Origin: Eledone cirrhosa
Taxonomy: Eukaryota
Direction of reading: 5' to 3'
Assembly: GCA_964016885.1 (NCBI GenBank)
Contig: OZ024740.1
Coordinates: 414,408,001 to 414,472,000 of the forward strand
Length of the DNA stretch: 64,000 nt
Positions 37,251 through 50,297 of the stretch are shown here, piece by piece; the first letter of the stretch is position 1, and every line of letters starts with the position of its first letter. The position numbers were made by a program, and so were the translations under genes. The notes under the pieces are model-generated. The model made no database searches, had not been told where the DNA came from, and saw only the letters and a program-made list of their open reading frames with translations.

Positions 37251-40200
37251 TTCTATTAATTTTTAAGTGTTTTGAAAGAATATGGCTTTTAAAATGGTTG
37301 GAAATTGGTAAAACATCATTACATAATGGAGTTGTGAAACAAAAACTATATTCTAAACAACACTTAAAACATTTTAAATATCAAAATATTAAAACTTCAT
37401 AAATATATTCTCTACTCATGACAATTTCAAAACCACGACATCTAAACATAATGTGTTGATTATCTGACTTGGCTTATAAATAGGGTTTGAATTTTTATCC
37501 ATTTCTCAGACATAAAATAGGGGCTCAGTTTATATTCGAGTTTATAATGTTAAGTCAATTCTTACCTCTGGTTTCATGAACTAGTGGTGATACCAAGAAT
37601 AACTTAACTAAGTAATTTATTATAATATGCTTGTAACACAATATGAGCCTAATTATAACTCTTCTTTTTAATACATCTTTAAACTCTTAATTATACATCT
37701 CAGTGAAATCTCTATGTGATTGCTTGATTTGCTAAAAATAGCAACCAAATGTCTCTCCAATCACTTCCTGCCATCCTTAAAAATAAATGGACAAATTGAA
37801 TATCGTCATTTTGTGTCAATTGTTACTGCAAAAAAGATAAGATGGTCATAGCTGAAATGTCTTTAAGCAGAGGCCTGTTTCATCAGAGCTGACCAATGAT
37901 TAAGAACAACAATAATTTAAAGAAATCAAGAGTTCCAGCATTCAGTAGAACTCCACAGAAATAAGTAGTTCACTCTAAGAATACAAGAAAATCAGCAAAA
38001 TAGTCTCAATACTCTCAGTAGACATCCTCAAATTAACCAATACTCTCTCAAATCACAACCAACCATTTTAAAAGAAAGAGGATACATTTGATATTGTAGT
38101 TCTAGATACACCTAAAAAGAGGATTTTCATGGATAAAACACCTTTCATCATAAGTCTGCTTGATCAGGGTTGATCTGGGATTGACCCTTTAGCATTTACA
38201 TTACTCTATTGTATTTTTGTGGTGAAGGCATTATCTTACATAACTATCTCATATAATATCGAATCTATGAGATTTTGATGTTATTTATTTTGAGAACAAT
38301 ACCTTAACATCAGTATGAGTGGCCAGTTACTGCCAGTTTGAACAGAAAGAAATGAGAGAGTTCTGGCTGGATACAGCCAGTTTAAATGCTAAAGGTTTAA
38401 ACAACTACAAGAAAGAGTCAAGACGGTTGTGAAATACTCAATTGTTGACCACAACATGATGAGTTTAAACTTTGGTATAGTTGTTATGATATAGAGTATT
38501 AGGCAGAGTACTTTACTCTGCCTCCTTCAGGTCACCTGATAACAGGTGAGGAATTAGCAGAAGGAAAAGACAACCAGTAGTAAAAATATTTTGCTCCAAT
38601 AATGTAGAGATTTTAGCAGGAAGTCACAGTTTTGTGAAGTTTATCCTGAGAGACACAGAATGTTGTTCTATTCTAGATTTCGCTCTTAGGAGGATTTGAA
38701 CATAGCATTAAAATCTTACATAATATGCATCAATAATGTTTAGTCATGATTTTGTATCTCCCTGTAGTGTCTATTTGCAACTAGGGAGGTTGAGTCAATG
38801 AGTGCTATAACAGGAACATGATGGAATAATCAACCAGTGGATGCAATAGCCAAGATCTGATTAAATTGACTAAGAGTCTCCATCCACTCATACTAGAATG
38901 GAAAAATAGGGATAAACATAGATAAATTGTACTAAATGGCTTCGCGTTGCAAGACCAACTCACTACTATTCTAGTTTTCTCTAATAAGTAATACAGATAC
39001 AATACTGGCATAAAACCATGAATCTGTAGGAGAGGACAATCACTGTTAGTTAAATAAATCCTACTAGTTCATTGATACTTATTTTATTAACACTGAGAAA
39101 AGGAAATACAAAGTCAGGTTAGCGCAGCTAACATCTCTGCCTGCCACTGCTGGTATTGCGAAAGGATACATCCACATGTCCTATCTACCTTTCTTGGCAT
39201 GAGCCACGTAAAAAAGGATCCCTTGTCTTCTGAACATTTTCCCCCTAGTCTGGTATATTTTGAGTGACTCATGTATTCTGGGTTTATTTGACCTTTGGTT
39301 ATTAAAATGCCTTAGCAATATAATTCACACCACATCATTGTTATTCCATTAAACAGAACATATGTATGTGTGAAATGTTAAACTTCTCTTCCTTGTGGCT
39401 AAATAATTTATTCTACTTTGTGAACACTTTTATTTACTATTTGATAATGCAAACTATCACTAATTTCCTCAGATTCTCATGTTTCACTTTCATTCAGAAA
39501 ATAGAACTACTACACATATATGTAGAGTACTCTCAATGTAGTTAAACAAATCAAAACACTGCACATACCCAAGGCACACAGAGTTGCACTCGATTTTGCA
39601 GTAAACGTGTGCAATAATAATAAGACTAGTGAAAAATTAATAATATAATGAAGTGTGTGTAATGTTGCTTGGTATGTAGACATAGTTAAAGAGTTACAGA
39701 TAAATGTATGAAGTTCTTAGGTTAAGCAAGTTTTACTAGCCTGGCCTATCGCCACCACAGTCTACAGAAACATGAGAATCTAAAAGAAGCAAAAAAACAA
39801 GATAAGAATAACACAAACATTTTTTTTTTAAAATGAACATGAATTCTTTTGGCAAATTATATTTCATAGTTGCTCTGTTACAATGTTTACTAATATTGTA
39901 CAGAGATAATCTTTTTTTGGCATGCTATCAAGAAACTGACTAGCCATATATAGAATTTTTGCTAACGACATCGTGAAGTGAGTGCAAAGACCAAGATGAA
40001 TGTCAGGCTGGTATTTTCATGTAGTTTAAAACTATTTGATACTAGCCAAGAATAGTAGTAGCAGAGGATGAAATAACCATTGAACTAACAATGTAAACAT
40101 ATTGTGTTTTGTTTTTACACTTGTATTTTTCCAAGATTTTGTAGATGAACTCAGCCATTAAGAATATTTCAAACAAACAAATTTCTAGAAAATAACAAGA

Positions 40201-40527
40201 CAATGAAACTGTGGCATTTTACAACAGGGCTTATGAGACAACCGCCAACCATGTTACCACCCGCTCAATACAACAAAACAAGGAAAGAAATTCAAAAGTG
40301 TATTGTTATGAAAGCTTCAAAAAGATTATTCAGAATCTAAGACAGATTCTGAATAACTGCTCAATTAGAAATGTAAAAAAAATGTTTCCATCTGATTTCT
40401 TTTATATATTCCAAAATGATTTACATTCATAGATATTTGCTTAACCCTCAGAGGTACCACTAATTGAAACCAGAAAACAAGTTGCAATCATTGCATTAAC
40501 AAGTACAGTTAACTTATATAACAGTTT

Positions 40528-41410
40528 AAACCTACACACCAGTACTACTACCACCTATACTATCTACCAAACCTACACAACAGCACTACTACCACCCATA
40601 CTAACTACCAAATCTACCCAACAGCACTACTACCACCCATACTAACTACCAAATCTACCCAACAGCACTACTACCACCCATACCACTACCAAACCTACAC
40701 AACAGCTCTACTACCACCCATACTATCTACCAAACCTACACAACAGCACTACTACCGCCTATACTATCTACCAAACCTACACAACAGCTCTACTACTACC
40801 CATACTATCTACCAAACCTACACAACAGCTCTACTACTACCCATACTATCTACCAAACCTACACAACAGCTCTACTACTACCCATACTATCTACCAAACC
40901 TACACAACAGCACTACTACCACCTATACCACTATCTATCAAACCTACACAACAGCACTACTACCTACACACCAGTACTACTACCACCCATACCACTATCT
41001 ACCAAATCTACACAACAGCACTACTACCACCTATACTATCTACCAAACCTACACACCAGTACTACTACCACCCATACTATCTACCAAACCTACACAACAG
41101 CACTAATACCACCCATACTATCTACCAAACCTACACAACAGCACTACTACCACCTATACCACTATCTACCAAACCTACACAACAGCACTACTACCACCCA
41201 TACTATCTACCAAACCTACACACCAGCTCTACTACCACCCATACCACTATCTTCCAAACCTACACTACAGCTCTACTACCAACCATATCACAATCTACCA
41301 AATTTACACAGCAGCTCTACTACCACTCATACCACTATCTACCAAACAGCTCTACTATCACCCATACCATCTACACAACAGCTCTACAACCACCCGTACC
41401 ATCTTCCAAC
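40528..41410. repeat. ~41-bp minisatellite
   Basis: ctaccaaacctacacaacagcactactaccacccatactat repeated with indel variants. Confidence 0.95.
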
Positions 41411-41936
41411 ACAAACTAGCAAATCAGAGAATCAGAGAATGTAATTCAAACAACCTGTGACCTAAGGTAATATACAAAGGTAAACAAGAAAGTTGTAAAT
41501 ATCAGTAGGTAGTGTGGTGTGGAGGAAAGAAAGGGGCCAATCATGAGATCAGACCCAAGAAAACTGTGTCCATTGGTCTTTACATTGCTGATATCTGCTT
41601 GTCACCTTGGTGGAAGTGTCCCCACTTTTTTAGAAAAGGGATTGGAACTCAGAAACAACAGAGCTGGAAAAGATACTACAAAGTATTCCATGTAATTCTT
41701 TAATTATTCTGCCATTTCACCACCACTGGTTTTATCATTTATTTATCACCCTTGAAAGACAAAGCTGACCTTTGCGGTACTTTAAGTCAGAAAGTCAGAA
41801 ATCCAGAACAAATATCGAGGGATTTATCCCGACGCTCTATCAACTCTTCCAATTCAGCACCTGTAGTGTATAAAGCTAGGTGTTTAAATTCATTTTATAA
41901 AACACAGAGACATTAAAAGAAAACAGCAGAACTTAC

Positions 41937-42137
41937 TCTGGCCATCTTGGACATCCTGTTCTTCCTGATGAGATTCCCCGCCCTCGCCAAGACGCCGGCC
42001 CTGACCCCAACTGTGAAAACCTGACCGAGACGGAATTGAATCGTCGTCATCATTATCGTCATCATCATCACTCAAGCCTAAAAACCTCGGCGTTTGCGTT
42101 TTCTGGAAGGCTACCTGGTAATTAAACCCCTGGGAAA
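41937..42137 (-). CDS. Exon B: acidic linker with SHP-box-like motif
   Basis: Acceptor ttctctcttttcccag and donor gtaagt. The 201 nt (phase 1-1) are open in frame with exon A: VSQGFNYQVAFQKTQTPRFLGLSDDDDDNDDDDSIPSRSGFHSWGQGRRLGEGGESHQEEQDVQDGQ. Confidence 0.85.
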
Positions 42138-42429
42138 CTGGGAAAAGAGAGAAGCAGAAAGAAATACATATTAGAAACTATGAAGTAGAAACATAAGGCA
42201 ATAAAAATATCTACAAACAGACAACAGTGATTATATGATCAGTGATTATATCAGTTTTTGTGAATATGCAACAGTAAAAATATTAGAGTAAACATATGGC
42301 AGTAAGTATAGGGTAAAACACATACAGAGGAAAATATACAGTGTTAAACATACAATAGTCAACAATACAGTAAATACACAGCACTAAACTTGACAATAAC
42401 TACATTGCAGTAAACATACTAAATATGAC

Positions 42430-42613
42430 AATTGTTTCTACTTTTGGCACAAGGCCAGCAATTACCCCAGTGCATTACTGATACTTTATTTTATCGACCC
42501 CGTAAGGATGAAAGCCAAAGTTAACCTCGGCAGGATTTGAATTCAAAATGGCAAGGGCCATAACTCTATTCATAAAAACATGGCGTCCGACCCTCTACTG
42601 ATACTGCTAATCC
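42430..42613 (-). mobile_element. SINE A
   Basis: Full reverse-complement copy just left of the main 24-bp satellite. Confidence 0.9.
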
Positions 42614-42635
42614 GACAATAATGACATTACACTAG

Positions 42636-45605
42636 ACATGGCAGTAAACACAGTAGTAAAAACGACAATAAACACAGTAGTAACAATGACAGTAAACACA
42701 GTAGTAACAATGATAGTAAACACGACAGTAAATACAGTAGTAACAATGACAATAAACACAGTAGTAAACGTGACAGTAAACACAGTAGTAAACATGACGG
42801 TAAACACAGTAGTTAACATGACATTAAACACAGTAGTAAACACGACAGTAAACACAGTAGTAACAATGACAGTAAACACAGTAGTAACAATGACAGTAAA
42901 CACAGTAGTAACAATGACAGTAAACACAGTAGTAACAATGACAGTAAACACAGTAGTAAACATGACAGTAAACACAGTAGTAAACATGACAGTAAACACA
43001 GTAGTAAACACGACGGTAAACACAGTAGTAACAATGACTGTAAACACAGTAGTAACAATGACAGTAAACACAGTAGTAACAATGACAGTAAACACAGTAG
43101 TAACAATGACAGTAAACACAGTAGTAACAATGACAGTAAACACAGTAGTAAACATGACGGTAAACACAGTAGTAAACATGACAGTAAACACAGTAGTAAA
43201 CATGACAGTAAACACAGTAGTAACAATGACAGTAAACACAGTAGTAACAATGACAGTAAACACAGTAGTAACAATGACAGTAAACACAGTAGTAAACATG
43301 ACAGTAAACACAGTAGTAAACATGACCGTAAACACAGTAGTAAACATGACAGTAAACACAGTAGTAAACATGATAGTAAACACAGTAGTAAATACAGTAG
43401 TAACAATGACAATAAACACAGTAGTAAACATGACAGTAAACACAGTAGTAAACATGACAGTAAATACAGTAGTAACAATGACAATAAACACAGTAGTAAA
43501 CATGACAGTAAACACGACAGTAAACACAGTAGTAACAATGACAGTAAACACAGTAGTAAACACGACAGTAAATACAGTAGTAACAATGACAATAAACACA
43601 GTAGTAAACATGACAGTAAACACAGTAGTAACAATGACAGTAAACACAGTAGTAACAATGACAGTAAACACAGTAGTAAACACAGTAGTAAACATGACAG
43701 TAAACACAGTAGTAACAATGACAGTAAACATGACAGTAAACACAGTAGTAAACATGACAGTAAACACAGTAGTAAACATGACCGTAAACACAGTAGTAAA
43801 CATGACAGCAAACACAGTAGTAAACATGACTGTAAACACAGTAGTAAACATGACCGTAAACACAGTAGTAAACATGACAGTAAACACAGTAGTAAACATG
43901 ACAGTAAACACAGTAGTAAACATGACTGTAAATACAGTAGTAAACATGACTGTAAACGCAGTAGTAAACATGACCGTAAACGCAGTAGTAACAATGACAG
44001 TAAACACAGTAGTAAACATGACAGTAAACATGACAGTAAACACAGTAGTAAACATGACAGTAAACACAGTAGTAACAATGACAATAAACACAGTAGTAAA
44101 CATGACAGTAAACACAGTAGTAAACATGACAGTAAACACAGTAGTAAACATGACAGTAAACACAGTAGTAAACATGACAGTAAATACAGTAGTAACAATG
44201 ACAATAAACACAGTAGTAAACACGACAGTAAACACAGTAGTAACAATGACAGTAAACACGACAGTAAACACAGTAGTAACAATGACAGTAAACACAGTAG
44301 TAAACACGACAGTAAATACAGTAGTAACAATGACAATAAACACAGTAGTAAACATGACAGTAAACACAGTAGTAAACATGACAGTAAACACAGTAGTAAC
44401 AATGACAGTAAACACAGTAGTAAACATGACAGTAAACACAGTAGTAACAATGACAGTAAACACAGTAGTAAACATGACAGTAAACACAGTAGTAAACATG
44501 ACAGTAAACACAGTAGTAAACATGACCGTAAACACAGTAGTAAACATGACAGCAAACACAGTAGTAAACATGACTGTAAACACAGTAGTAAACATGACCG
44601 TAAACACAGTAGTAAACATGACAGTAAACACAGTAGTAAACATGACAGTAAACACAGTAGTAAACATGACTGTAAATACAGTAGTAAACATGACAGTAAA
44701 CACAGTAGTAAACATGACTGTACACGCAGTAGTAAACATGACCGTAAACGCAGTAGTAAACATGACGGTAAACACAGTAGTAAACATGACGGTAAACACA
44801 GTAGTAAACATGACAGTAAACACAGTAGTAAACATGATAGTAAACACAGTAGTAAACATGACAGTAAACACAGTAGTAAACATGACAGCAAACACAGTAG
44901 TAAACATGACAGTAAACACAGTAGTAAACATGACAGTAAACACAGTAGTAAACATGACAGTAAACACAGTAGTAAACATGACCGTAAACACAGTAGTAAA
45001 CATGACCGTAAAGACAGTAGTAAACATGACAGTAAACACAGTAGTAAAATGACAGTAAACACAGTAGTAAACATGACCGTAAACACAGTAGTAAACATGA
45101 CAGTAAACACAGTAGTAAACATGACCGTAAACACAGTAGTAAACATGACCGTAAACACAGTAGTAAACATGACAGTAAACACAGTAGTAAACATGACTGT
45201 AAACACAGTAGTAAACATGACCGTAAACACAGTAGTAAACATGACCGTAAACACAGTAGTAAACATGACAGTAAACACAGTAGTAAACATGACAGTAAAC
45301 ACAGTAGTAAACATGACAGTAAACACAGTAGTAAACATGACAGTAAACACAGTAGTAAACATGACTGTAAACACAGTAGTAACAATGACAGTAAACACAG
45401 TAGTAAACATGACCGTAAACACAGTAGTAAACATGACAGTAAACACAGTAGTAAACATGACAGTAAACACTAGTAAACATGACAGTAAACACAGTAGTAA
45501 ACATGACAGTAAACACAGTAGTAAATGTGACGGTAAATACAGTAGTAAACATGACAGTAAACACAGCAGTAAACATGAGAGTAATCATGACAGTAAACAC
45601 AACTG
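42636..45605. repeat. 24-bp minisatellite built from two 12-bp subunits, ~3 kb
   Basis: (GTAAACACAGTA GTAAACATGACA)n, with degenerate units extending left past the SINE to ~42270. Confidence 0.98.
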
Positions 45606-46239
45606 ACTGTAGACATACTGCACTAAATGTGACGATAAGCCCTTGGAGATAAACATAAACTTCACTATGCCTGACAAGAATTGAGGACACATTATATTTG
45701 GCTATAAGGATTATCAATAATTAACCAATCAGGCTTTGTGCAACAAACAAAAAAAATCAATAATTTGTTTCTGATTTAACACTTTAGCATTTACATTATT
45801 CTATACTTCCTGTTGTATTTTTATCTCATGTAATTATTTCACATAATATCGAATCTATGAGATTTTGATATGATTTATTTTGAGAACAATACCTTAACAT
45901 CAGTATAAGTGGTCTGTTCAGCCAGTTTTAACAGAAAAAGGTGAGAGAATTCTGGCCGGATATGGTCGGTTTAATTGCTAAAGGGTTAGGCACAAGGCAA
46001 ACAATTTGAGGGGAGAGAAAAGTGGATATTGACCCCCTGTACTTGACTAATATGTATTTTATTAATCTTGGAAGGATAACAGCTTTAGGACATTAAGGGA
46101 CGTAATACAACAAAACATTACAGTATCTACTTTAAAGAGTTAATACATTATTGCGTCTAATTGTAAGGATAATAGAAATGAATGTGTCAATGTAGATGTT
46201 GGTAAGGAGTAGCAGGAGTTATGCTATCACAGTCTGGTG

Positions 46240-47600
46240 GTGAGGAGGCCCAGGGGTGATATCATATTGTGGCTGGCTGTGAGGGGAACCATCAGTCAAT
46301 GTATCATTGTGGCTGTATATGAGAAGTACCAGGGGTTTATGTGTCAATGTGGCTGGCTGTGTGGAGTACTTGGGTTTTATGTATCAAACTGGCTGGCTGT
46401 GAAGAGTACCAGGGGTTGATGTATCAATGTGGTTGGTTGTGAGGAATACCAGGGGCTGATATATCAATGTGGCCAGCTGTGAGGAATACCAGGGGCTGAT
46501 ATATCAATGTGGCCAGCTGTGAGGAATACCAGGGGCTGATATATCAATGTGGCCAGCTGTGATGAGTACCAGGGGTTGATATGTCAATGTGGCTGGCTGT
46601 AAGGAGTACCAGGAGTGGATATATCAGAGTGGCCGGCTGTAAGGAGTACCAGGGGTTCATGCATCATTGTGGCTGGCTGTGAGGAGTACCAGGGGTTGAT
46701 ATATCAGAGTGGCCGGCTGTAAGGAGTACCAGGGGTTCATGCATCATTGTGGCTGGCTGTGAGGAGTACCAGGGGTTGATGTAACAATGTGGCCGGCTGT
46801 AAGGAGTACCAGGGGTTCATGCATCATGTGGCTGGCTGTGAGGAGTACCAGGACTTGATATAACAATGTGGCCGGCTGTGAGGAGTACCAGAGGTTGATA
46901 TATCAGAGTGGATAGCTGTGAGGAGTACCAGAGGTTGATATAGCAGGTGGATAGCTGTGAGGAGTACCAGGGGTTGATATATCAATGTGGTTGGCTGTGA
47001 GGAGTACCAGGAGTGGATATATCCGAGTGGTTGGCTGTGAGGAGTACCAGGAGTGGATATATCAGAGTGGCTGGCTGTGAGGAGTACCAGGAGTTGATAT
47101 ATCAATGTGGCCGGCTGTGAGGAGTACCAGGGGTTCATGCCTCAATGTGGCCGGCTGTGAGGAGTACCAGGGGTTCATGCCTCAATGTGGCTGGCTGTGA
47201 GGAGTACCAGGGGTTCATGCATCATTGTGGCTGGCTGTGAGGAGTACCAGGGGTTGATATATCAATGTGGCCGGCTGTGAGGAGTACCAGGAGTTGATAT
47301 ATCAATGTGGCCGGCTGTGAGGAGTACCAGGGGTTCATGCATCATTGTGGCTGGCTGTGAGGAGTACCAGGAGTTGATATATCAATGTTGGTGGATATGA
47401 GGAATACCAGGGGTTGATATAACAATGTGGTTGGCTGTGAGGAGTACCAGAGGTTGATATATCAATGTTGGTGTATATAGGGGTACCAGGGGTTAATGTT
47501 TCAATGTGGTTAGCTATAAGGAGTACCAGGCGTTGATATATCAAAGCAGCTGTCTGTGAGGGTACCAGGAGTTCATGACTCATTGTGGTTGGCTATAAGA
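46240..47600. repeat. 40-bp minisatellite
   Basis: gtggctggctgtgaggagtaccaggggttgatatatcaat repeated, degenerate at both edges. Confidence 0.95.
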
Positions 47601-47789
47601 GGTATCATTGTGACTAATGCTTTGTCATTAATGCACACTACTATTACACATCCAGTGGAGCATGTACTCTTTATTTCTTTCCAATCTTCAGAGGTCCTCT
47701 ACACATATTGTCTAGGTTTCACTTCCATGCAGCATTGCTGTTGTGCACAATCTGAGCACAATCATTTTGAGGGAAAAACCTTTTGTAGT

Positions 47790-48410
47790 TAGCAGCAGTA
47801 GTAATTCCCTGAACTTTTTCCATCCAATTCTCTGGCTACTATACTTTTATCCTACTTCCTCCACTGCTAATTTGGTCACCTAGATAATAGAAGTGGTTGA
47901 TACTTCTACAGAGCCATCTGGGCATTTAAAGGGATTTGTTTCCTGTGAGCTCTTGCTCCTCACTGCACCTGAGCATCGACCACAAACAAAGTCTACATTA
48001 TTTGCTAACTTTCCCAAGATCCCACTATATCTCTTGTATACCTATAGTTTGCATTTCGAATCTACTCCTTCTCTGTACACTGAGCAAGGTCATTAAACTG
48101 GGGGGATCTGAGCCCTGTTTTCCTTTCTACTTACTAGAATTTTAGTCTTTATCAAGTTTACTTTAAGACCCTTTAATTCTAGACCATGCGATCAGGTTTG
48201 GAATTTCTTTAATTCTGCAATAGATTCAGCTATATGAGTTAGATCATCTGCATACAGAAGTCAGTCTTAAACTCCTCTATTATAGCCAACAGGACAATAA
48301 TAAACATGTGAGGGCTAAGAACGGAGCCCTGGTGGACTTCTACCTGCATGCTAAATTCTTCGCTATAGTCATTGTTAATCCTAACTTTGCTAACTAATCC
48401 TGTATACAAG
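47790..48410 (-). pseudogene. Decayed RTE RT fragment (same PHD-bearing lineage)
   Basis: ORF 48239..48553 contains SKVRINNDYSEEFSMQVEVHQGSVLSPHMFIIVL, and downstream DNA is homologous to the PHD region. Confidence 0.85.
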
Positions 48411-48559
48411 GAAATTGGAAAATCTGATGTAAACTGTTTTAAAGTAAGTGTATTCAAGCAGTATAGATTCTTCTTCTTTGAAAGACGATTAGATAACATC
48501 ATGCTGGTTGGTTTTGCCTTTAAAATCTGTCCAGTGATTCTTTTCTTTGACATCCTAAC

Positions 48560-49040
48560 CTCATGTCCGTAGTATCAGAGCTGTGATCTCTCAATTTGGA
48601 GACATAGTAGCTTCAACTGGAGTGACTCTCTGATATCCAAGCTATATACCCTATTGAGTAGCACTACTCCAAATACCCTTCAGAAGAACCCCATTTTGGC
48701 TGCTTGTATTCGTGATTGTATTCATTTGGTCATTACCATCAGTAATGGTTGAGATGAATACCAAATTGAAGATAGCACATTTGGCTTTTACACTTACCTC
48801 TCTTCTTCTGTTGACTGAATACTGAAGTTAGCACATTACTGTACCAACTTCGGCAAATTTTGCACAAAAGTAAGCCTCTGCCTTCACTCATTCGTGAACA
48901 CAACCCCAAGATACTTGAACTTCTTTATCTGCTTCAGTGGAAGTCCACTCACATGTAGGGTCTACTGCACAGGCTTCCTTGAGAAGATGAGTGTCTCAAT
49001 CTTCACAGCACTAATTCTCATTCCTGCCATGCAGCACTCA
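48560..49040 (-). pseudogene. Decayed Rex3/Expander-like RTE RT fragment
   Basis: Manual translation gives ECCMAGMRISAVKIETLIFSRKPVQ*TLHVSGLPLKQIKKFKYLGVVFTNE*, with no PHD insert before FKYLG. Confidence 0.75.
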
Positions 49041-49697
49041 GCAGAGCTGTTCTGCTAGACAACAAGTTGCAGGTGGCAAATAGTGATATGGCAACGAAAT
49101 AAAAAGGTTAGTTCCAATATAAGCAAACTCCTGCTGTATAAATAAGCAACACCAGGCCAACAGCAGTAAACTACTAGGAGAGATGAAGCAATGGATGACA
49201 CTGCTAGCTCCCAAAACACTTGTACAATCCAGCAATGTTGTTACGAGACGACAAGTAAAAGCTGCCTCTAAAAAAGCCTAATCTTTGCAAGTCTGAGAAA
49301 ATTTCCAAATTGTTGACTGGCACGAATGTGACCACCAAAATACAGCAGTATGACACGAAACAGTATTGATTCTGTTGTTTAAACAATAAGGTATCTTTAT
49401 ACAGATAGTACTTCTTGTTTTAAAATGATAGTAGTTGTATGAATTTGAACTCATGAAATAAAGGGACGTAACTACATAATCCGTTTATTTACAGGTTATG
49501 CTAATCAACAGCTCTTACAATAAATATTTGGCAAACTGAGAGATAAATAATTAGAATATACATTACATCTATATGGCCAAAAAGATAACTATTCCCTCAA
49601 ACATTGTGCAATGTTGTCTTACTATATCATTATTCTATTTATGAAGAGGCAGCACTGTAACAGTTGAAGGTGTCGCAAAACATTATTAGTCTCTTTC

Positions 49698-49885
49698 GGG
49701 TGGTGGATTGGCACTATCGGTAGAGAGTCGGACGCCATGCTTTCCAGCATAGTTACGTCCCTTTACGATCTGAGTTCAAATCCCGCCGAGGTTGACTTTG
49801 CCTTTCATCCTTACGGGGTCGATAAAATAAAGTACCAGTAATGCACTGGGTAATTGCTGGCCTTGTGCCTAAAGTAGAAACAATT
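49698..49885 (+). mobile_element. SINE A with 17-bp TSD
   Basis: TSD attattagtctctttcg on both sides. Confidence 0.92.
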
Positions 49886-50142
49886 ATTAGTCTCTTTCGT
49901 TGTTTTAAACTATTTGAATAAATAAAAATAAATTTCAAAAACAATAACTGTAATAAATGTATAATAAAATGTGTAAAATAACATAAGATGGTGTGCTATG
50001 TGAAGTGGTATGAACAGAGCATTAATGCTTAGAAAAGCAAAAATGGACCCAGGGGACATAAATCTTAGTTGTGAAATATATGAAATAACAGAGTTGCTCC
50101 CCTTGGAATTTAATATTTTTTTGGTCCTATTTATATTATTTA

Positions 50143-50297
50143 GTTTGAACTCAGATCGCAAAGTTACGTCCCTTTACGATCTGAGTTCAAATCCCGCCGA
50201 GGTTGACTTTGCCTTTCATCCTTACGTGGTCGATAAAATAAAGTACCAGTAATGCACTGGGTAATTGCTGGCCTTGTGCCTAAAGTAGAAACAATTA
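50143..50297 (+). mobile_element. SINE A, 5'-truncated with short inverted 5' piece
   Basis: tttgaactcagatcgcaaag (inverted) precedes gttacgtccctttacgatctgagttcaaa. attatttagtttg occurs at both ends. Confidence 0.8.

Noticed and set aside
42607-45717. Long Cys/Tyr/His or Val/Thr/Met repeat ORFs (reflectin- or keratin-associated-like look)
   Set aside because: A 24-bp satellite open in multiple frames with a frameshift at ~45050, and no reflectin motif.
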